The notes beneath the pieces were generated by a model. It was not told the DNA's origin. It searched no databases and saw only the letters and a list, made by a program, of their open reading frames with translations. DNA of 64,000 nt from Parcubacteria group bacterium Gr01-1014_3. Lineage in GTDB: Bacteria > Patescibacteriota > Minisyncoccia > UBA6257 > WO2-44-18. The stretch lies in the NCBI GenBank assembly GCA_007376445.1, contig VMGF01000001.1, positions 252,203 to 316,202 of the forward strand, written 5' to 3'. This document shows positions 8,262-17,376 of this stretch, piece after piece (within the stretch, counting starts at the first letter, position 1; each line of letters starts with the position of its first letter). The position numbers and the translations under genes are program-made.

Positions 8262-10275
8262 CATCGCCGATAGTTTGTTGGGCAAACTTTAATTTTTTAT
8301 AAGCAATCTTTTGAGTATCACTTCCGGCTGTTAATTTGGTTTTCTCATCAGCTCGATAGACTTTCAAAATTGACTGCAGAGTAGAAACCTTGCTCTTATC
8401 GCCGACTTCTTTAGCTTCGGTAATTTGCTTAAGAGTAAGGGCGATATCTTCATTGATTTTCCGGAGATCCGCGCCGATCTCTTTTTCCATGGTCTTTTTC
8501 AGGGCGGATCGTTGAAGTATAGTGCCCCTGCGATAGATATCACTAATTGCCGCTTGACTTAAACCAAGTACAAAATCCACCTCGTTAAACATCTCTTTTT
8601 CCACGTCCGCGGCTTTATCGGCGCGCATCTTCTCGGCAATCTGCTTGAGGGTCTTGCCGGTAAGTTTGGCGGTTAATCTTGGGCTCGTAGAGAGCGCGTC
8701 TTTAACATTCGGAACGTTTTCGATATTTTTCCTAATCTTTTTGCCGTCCACGATTTCTTCGGTATCGGCAATGCCTGGATTAACCTTTCGTGAAGCTTGA
8801 ATGAATTGTTCAAGACGCGCGTCCTTTTCCTCCGAAGTTGCCAAGTGCGCGGTTAATCCGCCAACTTCTTTACGCTTAACCGACTCAGCCAAAAGAGCTG
8901 CTTGTTCCACCGGACTGATTCTTTCGATTCTTGTAGTTTTTTGGCGTTCAGCAAACTGCTGTTCAGTCAGGCTAGATAGATATTGTTTCTGATAATCACC
9001 TACTTCATTAGATCGAGAGGCAGCTACATTCAGCCCCGCCACGGCGGCTTTGCTGCCAGGAATCCAACGCAGGGCTTTAGTATTTAATAGATTGGCGAGA
9101 GCATTGGCGCCGGCTTTAGCTGGACGCGTGCCAAGCTCTTGTGCCCCGGCCCGAGCGCCCGTCAATGGTAATCTCGCCGCTTTCCCGGTCGCGCCAATAA
9201 TCCAGCCCTTGGCGCTGTTCGCCATGCCCATAGCGGTATTCGCGCCAACGGCGCCAAGTTTTTGAGCTACTATTAACCCCGCGAACATCATTCCAACCTG
9301 GACTATGATTTGCAAAAAGCCGATCAAGACGCCCTCACTTAGCCCGGAGATCGTTTTAGCGGCCGCGAAGGCTTCCGGACTGGCTTGGCTTTTTAATACC
9401 GCGCCGAGTTTATCGGAGGTAAGAATACTTAAGTAAAGGAAGAATGAAATGGCGGGGAAAAATACGTTCCATTTCAAAAAAGTACTCCACCATTCAGAGC
9501 TGTGCTTAGCTAGATTCGGGAATATCCAGGCTAACCAGGCGAGTGGCATCACAATCAGCAAGAAGATCAGATAGATATACCGGACAAGGAGCATGAAAGC
9601 GATCGCGAAGAAAGTGATTACGAGGGTGGTCATAAATATCGCGGTGGAGGCCACCGAAACGAATGCACTGATATAACTTAATCCGAACTTTAAAATGTCG
9701 CCGCTGATATTTTCTGGAACGGCGATTTTAATGCCGCTCAGGCTGCTTACATTCAAGCTTTGCGCCAAATTGGCGGCAAAGTTATTAATATTTTCTGGAG
9801 AGGCAGCTTGAATGAAGTAGTTACCAAAAACATTGAAGAAATCGATGATGATGCCGGCAAAAGTGAAGCTGAAGTTGACTAACAAAGCGGCCGCGACCAA
9901 TTTCCAAATCATCTGCTTAAAGCCGTAGTTTTGCAGGCGGAGCATGGTGGCAAAAGCAATGACAATAATTGCAATGACGAAGCCTAAATTTGTCATACTC
10001 AATGTCAATCTGAATCCTTCACGCACAAGAGGGCTGCTAGTAATTTGCGGGCCTAAGTTAATCAATACACCTATAAGAGAGCTGGCGATTGAAATTAAAA
10101 ATCCCGCCACTATGCCTATCATGTTGCCAACCGCTAATGAGCCCCAGTTGAAAAACTGCATTAAGCCACAGAGTATCCAGCCCGACTGGCATTCAGGCGT
10201 TTTTTCTTGCGCGAAAGCCAGCGCTGGTGCCAATAATACCGAAACCATCATTAAACCCAAGAGGAATTTTTTCAT
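8254..10275 (-). CDS. VirB6/TrbL-like polytopic membrane protein
   Basis: Multiple TM helices (MTNLGFVIAIIVIAFATML, LLVNFS, LLVRYIYL..PLAWLAWIFP...WW); soluble C-terminal tail. Confidence 0.75.
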   Translation of the reverse strand: MKKFLLGLMMVSVLLAPALAFAQEKTPECQSGWILCGLMQFFNWGSLAVGNMIGIVAGFLISIASSLIGVLINLGPQITSSPLVREGFRLTLSMTNLGFVIAIIVIAFATMLRLQNYGFKQMIWKLVAAALLVNFSFTFAGIIIDFFNVFGNYFIQAASPENINNFAANLAQSLNVSSLSGIKIAVPENISGDILKFGLSYISAFVSVASTAIFMTTLVITFFAIAFMLLVRYIYLIFLLIVMPLAWLAWIFPNLAKHSSEWWSTFLKWNVFFPAISFFLYLSILTSDKLGAVLKSQASPEAFAAAKTISGLSEGVLIGFLQIIVQVGMMFAGLIVAQKLGAVGANTAMGMANSAKGWIIGATGKAARLPLTGARAGAQELGTRPAKAGANALANLLNTKALRWIPGSKAAVAGLNVAASRSNEVGDYQKQYLSSLTEQQFAERQKTTRIERISPVEQAALLAESVKRKEVGGLTAHLATSEEKDARLEQFIQASRKVNPGIADTEEIVDGKKIRKNIENVPNVKDALSTSPRLTAKLTGKTLKQIAEKMRADKAADVEKEMFNEVDFVLGLSQAAISDIYRRGTILQRSALKKTMEKEIGADLRKINEDIALTLKQITEAKEVGDKSKVSTLQSILKVYRADEKTKLTAGSDTQKIAYKKLKFAQQTIGDDE

Positions 10276-11717
10276 TATGGATTGGTTAGCTGGCATTGGG
10301 TTAGTTGCAGGTTAAATCCGGCAAGTTTCTGGGTGATGTTGGTAGCTACCTCTTCATCCATTGCTTCAATGGCGGATTTAAATGAAGAAGCATCGATTGG
10401 TTTTAAGATGGAGGTAATCGAGTTGTAAATTGTGCCCATCTTGGCAAAATCAGTTTCAGTTTTTTGGAGAGAGGCAATGTCGGCTTTGGCTTGAACCAGC
10501 GGATCTATGATCGCCTGATTAGCGGCTTTGTCCGCTTGAAGGAGAGCGATAGTGGCATCGGTAGCGCTGATCTCGTTTAAGATCGCGTCTTTGACTTGCG
10601 TTACTACGACTATAGACGGGAAAAGAGGCGTGGCTATACAGATCGTAGTAGGGAGATTGGTGAAGTCTTGATGAAGCTTTTGAAGATCAGCCTTGAACTT
10701 GATCAAAGCATCGATGGTCAGGTTAACAATTATCCCAGCTTGTTGACGAGGAACGAGAGTCTGATCGATCTCGTCTAAGAATGTAGTTTTTTGTTGATCG
10801 AAACTGTTATTAAGCACTTCGTTGTATATTTTAGTGATGTCATCTTGCTGCTTGTCAGTAATAGATTCTTGCAAGCCGGTCAAACCCTCGGCGACCAGAC
10901 GATTAACTAGAGAATTAGCAATCGCGCTCGCGTATTCACCAAGCTGTTGGGCGTTTAAGATAAAGTCAAAGTCTTTTCCAACGGCCTTAGATACTAAGTC
11001 GCCAACCGTAGAGCCAGGAGTGATGATACGGCATTTTTCCGTGCCATCAGGAAAAAGCTCACATTTCTTTTGTGATATAAATCCATCGCCTGCCTGGGCT
11101 TCATTATAAGCGGCAAAGGCGGCCGCGGATTTTCGGATCTCATTTTCTTGAAGGGCCATAATCAAAGCTCCGAAATAGTTATTTCTTGGCTGAAGCGAAG
11201 TGCCATAAGCTAGCCAACCGCCATTTCTGAAGTCATTATAAAAATTGTTAATATTTCCGACAATCTTATCGAGAGTGCATTCAGCTTTTTGCGCGAAAGT
11301 TGGAATTTTGTAGAAGTTTATCTGGATACCAAAACGGAATGGTTCGCAGAGAAAGCCAGCGCCAAGTTCTTTGGCGAAATCTCCCGCTGCCGCTTGACCA
11401 GCATCTTCCAGAAAACCTTTCCAGTCAGTAACGAACTGTGGCTGACCGCCACCCTGGATATAAGAAACAACCTGGTCAACCAAGACATCTAACAGTCGCC
11501 GCTTAAGCGTGGAGAGGGCAAAAGTTTCCAGCCAATCCAAAATTTGTTGCGCCGCTGACTTGGTTGTAGCGGCGGCAATCGCGGCTGCCTGGGCATGTAT
11601 AACAGCATCGGCTATCATAACTGGAATAGCGGCTTTGGCGGTTGGGATTGGAAACGACCCGATGGTCTGCATCAGTATCGTGATTCCTAGAAGGATTGTT
11701 AAGATTCGTCTTTTCAT
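10275..11717 (-). CDS. Secreted hypothetical protein of the CPR T4SS-like cluster
   Basis: Signal peptide; GGQPQFVTDW..FL, LCEPF, CTLDKI, GGW, C..ITPG motifs. Confidence 0.65.
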   Translation of the reverse strand: MKRRILTILLGITILMQTIGSFPIPTAKAAIPVMIADAVIHAQAAAIAAATTKSAAQQILDWLETFALSTLKRRLLDVLVDQVVSYIQGGGQPQFVTDWKGFLEDAGQAAAGDFAKELGAGFLCEPFRFGIQINFYKIPTFAQKAECTLDKIVGNINNFYNDFRNGGWLAYGTSLQPRNNYFGALIMALQENEIRKSAAAFAAYNEAQAGDGFISQKKCELFPDGTEKCRIITPGSTVGDLVSKAVGKDFDFILNAQQLGEYASAIANSLVNRLVAEGLTGLQESITDKQQDDITKIYNEVLNNSFDQQKTTFLDEIDQTLVPRQQAGIIVNLTIDALIKFKADLQKLHQDFTNLPTTICIATPLFPSIVVVTQVKDAILNEISATDATIALLQADKAANQAIIDPLVQAKADIASLQKTETDFAKMGTIYNSITSILKPIDASSFKSAIEAMDEEVATNITQKLAGFNLQLTQCQLTNP

Positions 11718-11719
11718 AG

Positions 11720-12475
11720 TTAGATTGTCAGGCCATTTTGCGACATAAATTGAGTGATCTTTTGCCCTAGGCTGGCAAGCTGGTTCTGAATGTCCGGCAT
11801 CATTTTACCGGCCACCAGAGCTTTTAGCGGGTCATCTTCATAATTGGCTAGGCTGGTGAAGATGTTTTTTTGAATAGTCAGCAATTTGATTTCTTCTTGA
11901 TGAATGCCGGATAGTACTTCCGGAACATTCAGTGAGTAAAACTGATCAAGCGTCTTTTCGTAGGCCAGTACTAGCTTCTGGAAGTCCTCAGTGTTCGGTT
12001 TTTGAAAGTCTATACCGAGAGTAGAGAAGTTACCGGTAAGTATTGATCGGAAATTTTTTAAATAATTACCCCAAACGGTTTTATCGGAAGTCTTTATGAT
12101 CTTTAACGCGGCAGCTTCGATGCTTGGGCTAAGATCGGGATAGTTGATATTGCCAAGCTCTGCCTCTAAAACTTTTTGCGCTAACTTATCCGGCTCAAGC
12201 GCGTTGATTTGTTGTTGGCCGCCAATGACCGAAGGACCTTCCGGATTTAATTTAATAATTTCTTCGGTGATCTTTTGAGAGAGTTTATTTAGCTCAGCGC
12301 TGGTGGCTTTTGGTTCATTCATATCTATGAAAGAAGGCAGCTGTTGCGGATTGGCTGAGAGATTAGCGATTCCCGTTTCTGTACCAGCGCCGTTTTTTTC
12401 ACTAACGATAAAAATTGCCAGAGTAGCCGAGCCGGCCAGGAGTAAAATCGCGAGTATGTTTTGAAATTTGAACAT
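11720..12475 (-). CDS. Membrane-anchored hypothetical protein
   Basis: N-terminal TM; LNVP...H...DDPLKAL; same operon. Confidence 0.6.
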   Translation of the reverse strand: MFKFQNILAILLLAGSATLAIFIVSEKNGAGTETGIANLSANPQQLPSFIDMNEPKATSAELNKLSQKITEEIIKLNPEGPSVIGGQQQINALEPDKLAQKVLEAELGNINYPDLSPSIEAAALKIIKTSDKTVWGNYLKNFRSILTGNFSTLGIDFQKPNTEDFQKLVLAYEKTLDQFYSLNVPEVLSGIHQEEIKLLTIQKNIFTSLANYEDDPLKALVAGKMMPDIQNQLASLGQKITQFMSQNGLTI

Positions 12476-12498
12476 CTTGTGGTGAGTTTACCGAACCA

Positions 12499-12909
12499 TT
12501 ATTGAGAGCACCAACAAATTCCCAGCACCCAGAGCGCGCCCTGAGGTGGCGGGCAGAGAAGATTTAAACAACCAGGTATGGTTCCACTGGGTGTATGAAT
12601 ATCAAACGGCGGACCGGCTACCGCGTAGAATCTTGGGACAGTCTGCGGAGTATAATCACCTCCTTGGCGCCAGACGGTCGGATTATGAGTGGCTTGTCTG
12701 GCGAAAAACTTCTCAAATCCTGTAAAGGTATTAAGGGATGGCCGGGCCTTCCAGAAATCATAGGCGCTGATGCCAGATTTCAAGGTTTCTTTAACAGTTC
12801 GTTGCGGATTTTTGAGTAGCTCTAAACGAGTTGGCTGTGAAACAGCCAACGCATTGGTGGCGAGTGAACCGATAAGGATAAAAACCGCAATAAAGCCTGC
12901 TAGACGCAT
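12499..12909 (-). CDS. Small secreted protein with Cys-rich C-terminus
   Basis: Signal peptide ending ALA; GCLNLLC...GICWC; first gene of the operon. Confidence 0.55.
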   Translation of the reverse strand: MRLAGFIAVFILIGSLATNALAVSQPTRLELLKNPQRTVKETLKSGISAYDFWKARPSLNTFTGFEKFFARQATHNPTVWRQGGDYTPQTVPRFYAVAGPPFDIHTPSGTIPGCLNLLCPPPQGALWVLGICWCSQ

Positions 12910-13021
12910 ACATTAATTATACTCTCACATAGAGGAAAACCTAAAGGAACTTATTCACAAGCGCGCCGTAAGGCGCGCGAGTCAAAAGTCCATAAAGTTC
13001 GTAAAGTCTATAAGGCAAAAA

Positions 13022-13846
13022 TTAGAAATGATTTGCTAGGGTTTTTAACATATCAATATCGAGATTTTGGGGGCGAATGTCGGGTTTTAGGCCTATTTGT
13101 TCGAGAATTTTAGTAATTTCAGCCTTATTTTTACCAAGCCCTTCGGTTTTACTCAGGGCAAGTCCCTCAGATAAGTTATTCAGCAGGGTCTTTCTAGGCT
13201 GCTTAAAAGCGATTTTTATGAATTTATAGTATCGTTCCGCCTCCTTGATTCTTAATTCTTGATTCTTGATTCTTAATGTTATTATTGCCGAATCAACTTC
13301 CGGCGCCGGATCAAAATCGGTGGATTTCAGATTCATCAGGATCTTCGGTTCAGCCCAGAACTGCGTGGCGGCCGAAAGCAGATTCATCCTGGGTGGTTCG
13401 GCAATTATTCTTTCCGCAACCTCTTTTTGGATCATTAAGATGGTGAGTGCCGGTTTTCCGCCAGCTGGCGGATTCAGTTCGCTTAATACGCGCAGCAGTT
13501 TTCCGGTGATATAGTAAGGGATGTTTCCAACCAGTTTCCAGTTGTCAGTTTTCAGTTTTTCAGTTAAATCGGGGAGAATTTTTAATGCATCGCCTGTCAG
13601 TATTTCAAACTGATTAACTGTAGCGCTAGCGTAACTCATTAACTGATTCGCTAAACGCGCGTCTTTTTCGATACCGATGAAATTACAACCGACTTTTCGG
13701 CATTCTTCGATCAGAGGAATGGTTAACGCTCCCTTGCCCGGCCCGACCTCGATGACGGTTTCGCCAGTTTTCAGCTCTAAAGACGCGATTATCTTTTGGA
13801 TCGCGGCTTTATTTTTTAGGAAGTGCTGACCTAGTTTTTTTGGCAT
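13022..13846 (-). CDS. rsmA: 16S rRNA dimethyladenosine transferase RsmA/KsgA
   Basis: KKLGQHFL, IEVGPGKGALT, GNIPYYIT, MIQKEVAER, PAPEVDS, FKQPRKTL. Confidence 0.95.
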   Translation of the reverse strand: MPKKLGQHFLKNKAAIQKIIASLELKTGETVIEVGPGKGALTIPLIEECRKVGCNFIGIEKDARLANQLMSYASATVNQFEILTGDALKILPDLTEKLKTDNWKLVGNIPYYITGKLLRVLSELNPPAGGKPALTILMIQKEVAERIIAEPPRMNLLSAATQFWAEPKILMNLKSTDFDPAPEVDSAIITLRIKNQELRIKEAERYYKFIKIAFKQPRKTLLNNLSEGLALSKTEGLGKNKAEITKILEQIGLKPDIRPQNLDIDMLKTLANHF

Positions 13847-13887
13847 GGGTATTCACAGGGTAAAAGTTTTTATGGCATAATTCAAGG

Positions 13888-14241
13888 ATGGAAGAAACAA
13901 AATTCCGACCCAAAACTGAAGAGGAGGTTTTATTGGAGTCCACAATTTCTGGCGCGGAAAAGAAAGAACAGGAAGCTCAACAAAAAGAAGCCGTAGAATC
14001 TTCTATGGAAGAGGTAGTTAAAGAAAAGGAACAAGAAAAAGCGGGATCAGTTATAAACAAAGCCGCGGAAGAAGTTTTGAGGGGACAGATAGAGGATATT
14101 TTTAAGGAAGCAGAAGTTCAAAACAAATCTGAAAAAGAAGCCGTGGCGCGCAAGAAAACCTCCGGGAGTATTTCTTGGGAAAATTTAGCTAACGAACAAA
14201 AGAAGGAGGAAGAGGAGAAAAAGAAAGAAAGTTGGTTCTAG
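13888..14241 (+). CDS. Glu/Lys-rich hypothetical protein
   Basis: ORF with ATG; low complexity. Confidence 0.55.
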   Translation: MEETKFRPKTEEEVLLESTISGAEKKEQEAQQKEAVESSMEEVVKEKEQEKAGSVINKAAEEVLRGQIEDIFKEAEVQNKSEKEAVARKKTSGSISWENLANEQKKEEEEKKKESWF

Positions 14242-14252
14242 GAAAAACTTTT

Positions 14253-16094
14253 TTACCAAGTATCTTCGATATACGAATCTTCTTCGTTCGGAAGATTGTT
14301 TTTGTTGCCGCTGAGGTCGGCAAATTCGGTCAGTTCCGGCGGAATTTCATACACAAATCTTGATGGAATGTGCGTAAAAGTGAGGCAGAGCCGTTTTCTT
14401 GCGCGAGTCATGGCCACGTACATCAGACGCCGCTCTTCCTCGATTTCATCCAATGATCCATAGGACATTTGATGGGGCAAAAGGCCTTCATTACATCCCA
14501 TTACGTAAACTTGGTCGAATTCCAGGCCCTTGGAGAGATGAATGGACATGAGATGGACAGGGTTTAGGGTATAGCGATTAGCGTTTAGGGATTCATTGGC
14601 CGGCATATCGTTGGCTTGTAGCAATAGCACCCGTTCCAAAAATTCCGGCAAGGATTTAAATGTGCCGGCAAAAACTATTAACTCGTTTATGTTTTCAGTC
14701 CTCTCTTTTACATTGTCGAATTTTTTTCCGAGGTGATCAAAGTAGTTGGTGTTTTCCAGGAAATAATTTATCAGTTCTAGGATCGAGAGTTTTTCGCCGA
14801 GGCGCTGAAGCTCCCCGATCAGCTCGCCGGTGATCTTTTTCGGAAAAGTTTTTTCCAGGCGGTCAATGCTGACACTATCCTTCGGATTGGAAGCAACGCG
14901 TAAACCGGCAAGAATATCTTTTACCTCTTTTCTTTGATAAAAACGCAGTCCGCCGAAAATTTTATATGGAATCTGGTTCATGATCAGCGATTGCTCGATC
15001 GCGCGGGATTGCGCGTTGGTCCGGTAGAGAATGGCCGTAGTTTCACTATGACCATGACTATGACCAATGACCAATCCTTGTTTTTTATTGTCATTGTTAT
15101 TTGTCATCGTCAAGATGTTTCTTGCGACATACCGCGCTTCCTCATCGGCGTCATAAGCCTTAACAACCCAGATCGGATCTCCGGCCTCATTATCGGTCCA
15201 AAGAGTTTTCGGAGTTTGCATGGAATTTTTCTTGATCAGCGCTGAGGCGGCGTTAATAATGTTGGCGGTAGAGCGGTAATTTTGCTCCAGCTTTACGATT
15301 TTCGCCTTCGGCCAGTCCTGTTCGAAGTTCAAAAAATTGCGGAAGTCCGATCCGCGGAAACGATAAATGCTTTGCGCGTCATCGCCGACGACGCTGATAT
15401 TTTGGTGTTTTTCAGCGAGCAAGCGGATCAGGCGATACTGGCTGGTGTTTATATCCTGATACTCATCTACCAGGACCTGTTGGAAGCGGTTTTGATATTT
15501 GGTTAAGATTTCCGGATGATCCTCAAAAAGACGCACCGGTTTTTCTATGAGGTCATCAAAATCAAAGGCATTATTTTCCCTAAGAGCTTGTTCGTATTTA
15601 TTGAAAAGATGAATGAGCTGCGGCTCCAGATATTCTTTGGGCGCGATCAGTTCATTTTTTATTGAGGAAAATTTATTCTGAAGCTTTATGGGATTGGCGG
15701 CCTCCTTGGAAATGTCCAGCTGTTTCAAAATTTGGCGGATTAAACTTAAGGAATCGTCGTTATCATAAATCGTGAAGTAAGCGTTCCGGCCGAGTAGCTT
15801 CGCCTCTTCTTTCAAGATTCTTACTCCCAGCGAATGGAAAGTACCTATAAACAAATTTTCAATTTTCAATTTTAAATTTTCAATTCGGTTTCGCATTTCA
15901 TTGGCGGCTTTATTGGTAAAGGTTATCGCGATGATGTTGGCCGGGTTTACTCCCCGTTCGATGATCTTCATCAGGCGAGTGGTTAGGGTCTTGGTTTTGC
16001 CGGAACCAGCGCCGGCGGCGATCAAAATAGGCCCATTTCCATGGTCTACAGCCTCTTGCTGCCTGTCATTCAGTCGATTGTTATTTTGCTCCAT
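14253..16094 (-). CDS. pcrA: ATP-dependent DNA helicase PcrA/UvrD
   Basis: AGAGSGKT, TFTNKAA, VDEYQD, VGDDAQSIY, QNYRS, LYRTNAQSR, SKGLEF, EEERRLMYVAMTRA. Confidence 0.93.
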   Translation of the reverse strand: MEQNNNRLNDRQQEAVDHGNGPILIAAGAGSGKTKTLTTRLMKIIERGVNPANIIAITFTNKAANEMRNRIENLKLKIENLFIGTFHSLGVRILKEEAKLLGRNAYFTIYDNDDSLSLIRQILKQLDISKEAANPIKLQNKFSSIKNELIAPKEYLEPQLIHLFNKYEQALRENNAFDFDDLIEKPVRLFEDHPEILTKYQNRFQQVLVDEYQDINTSQYRLIRLLAEKHQNISVVGDDAQSIYRFRGSDFRNFLNFEQDWPKAKIVKLEQNYRSTANIINAASALIKKNSMQTPKTLWTDNEAGDPIWVVKAYDADEEARYVARNILTMTNNNDNKKQGLVIGHSHGHSETTAILYRTNAQSRAIEQSLIMNQIPYKIFGGLRFYQRKEVKDILAGLRVASNPKDSVSIDRLEKTFPKKITGELIGELQRLGEKLSILELINYFLENTNYFDHLGKKFDNVKERTENINELIVFAGTFKSLPEFLERVLLLQANDMPANESLNANRYTLNPVHLMSIHLSKGLEFDQVYVMGCNEGLLPHQMSYGSLDEIEEERRLMYVAMTRARKRLCLTFTHIPSRFVYEIPPELTEFADLSGNKNNLPNEEDSYIEDTW

Positions 16095-16256
16095 TTATGG
16101 TATATTTAGGCTATTAGTACGATCGTTAGAAAACTGATAAAGAAGCTATCTATTACAACCGCATTACCGGTTGTTTTCGTTCTATCAGGAATTCTATTAA
16201 ATCTACTTGTTTTAGGTGGTAACAAGCAACCCCAAGAGTCTCTTGGTGGCCCGTTT

Positions 16257-17144
16257 TTGGCCCAAGTTGCCGATGCTTTCAGTCAGGAGTCTAATGAAGT
16301 TTCGGCTTCCGAGGGAGCGATCTTTGAAGAAGATTTTACTTTGGCCGAAGGCGGAGATAATGCCGGTGGCTTCGTGCTAGTGGACGCCGATTCTTTATTG
16401 GCGGTGAATAATCCCCTGAGTACGATCTTGCCGACTCGCGATGGATTAATTATTTATAAAGTTCAAAAAGGAGATTCGCTTTCTAAGATCGCGGCTAACT
16501 TCGGCATTTCGCTTAATACTATTTTCTGGGCGAACCAGAGCGTGAAGAACAGCATCAAGCCTGGCCAGGAGATCGTGATCTTACCGGTGTCCGGCGTGCT
16601 TCATCAGGTTGAAGACGGCGATACCGTGGATAGTTTGGTGGAACTTTATGGCGCGCCGCGCGAGAAAATTTTAAAATATAACAAGATCGTGGGTGGCTAT
16701 CTGAAGCCTGGCGTGACTGTGGTGATTCCGGGCGCGAATCCGAAGAAAGGATTAACGACCGTTTCCGTAAAAGACTTGCCGAGCTATCCGGGATATTTTA
16801 TTTTGCCGACGATCGGTTGGAACTGGGGAAATTTGCATAACTATAACGCTGTCGATATCGCCAACTCTTGCGGCACGCCTGTTTACGCGGCGGCTGAAGG
16901 CTTGGTGGCTGACGCGAAATCTTATGGCTGGAACGGCGGCTACGGCCACTATATTGAAATTGAACATCCAAATAAAGCGATCACTCGTTATTCTCACATG
17001 CAGAAAAACGCGGTCTCGACCGGAGACTATGTGGTTCAGGGCGATCTGATCGGCTACATCGGCAACACCGGCAACGTGCACGGCCCGACGGGATGCCATC
17101 TTCATTTTGAAGTCAGAGGGGCCAGGAATCCATTTGCAAAATAA
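16257..17144 (+). CDS. LysM x2 + M23 peptidase (real start probably further upstream, ~16113-16137)
   Basis: YKVQKGDSLSKIA LysM; HNYNAVDIA, YSH, HLHFEV M23 motifs. Confidence 0.9.
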   Translation: MAQVADAFSQESNEVSASEGAIFEEDFTLAEGGDNAGGFVLVDADSLLAVNNPLSTILPTRDGLIIYKVQKGDSLSKIAANFGISLNTIFWANQSVKNSIKPGQEIVILPVSGVLHQVEDGDTVDSLVELYGAPREKILKYNKIVGGYLKPGVTVVIPGANPKKGLTTVSVKDLPSYPGYFILPTIGWNWGNLHNYNAVDIANSCGTPVYAAAEGLVADAKSYGWNGGYGHYIEIEHPNKAITRYSHMQKNAVSTGDYVVQGDLIGYIGNTGNVHGPTGCHLHFEVRGARNPFAK

Positions 17145-17152
17145 GGGCTCCA

Positions 17153-17301
17153 GACAACTACTTTTTCGAAAACAGAATAATCCGGCTCCAGCAGCCGGAT
17201 TTTCTTCGCCCTCGGCACGCCGGTCCGACCTTTTGGTCGGACACCGATCTTAGGATAGACCAGCCGGCGCGCCTCCGGGATGTTCCGAAAAATCAGTTGT
17301 C
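17153..17301. repeat. ~149-nt multi-hairpin element, copy A (structured ncRNA or MITE candidate)
   Basis: Homologous to 43933-44077 with compensatory changes in the stems. Confidence 0.75.
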
Positions 17302-17341
17302 CTCCGCTTTGTTAACTAAATGAAAGATTTTTATATAAAAA

Positions 17342-17370
17342 GCCCCCATTCTGTTTAACAGAATGGGGGC
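17342..17370. terminator. Intrinsic terminator between convergent genes
   Basis: gcccccattctgtt-t-aacagaatgggggc with flanking A/T tracts. Confidence 0.75.
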
Positions 17371-17376
17371 GATGTT

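Noticed and set aside
1633-12909. Integrative conjugative element
   Set aside because: No integrase, relaxase, att repeats or composition shift; fits the resident CPR T4SS-like locus.
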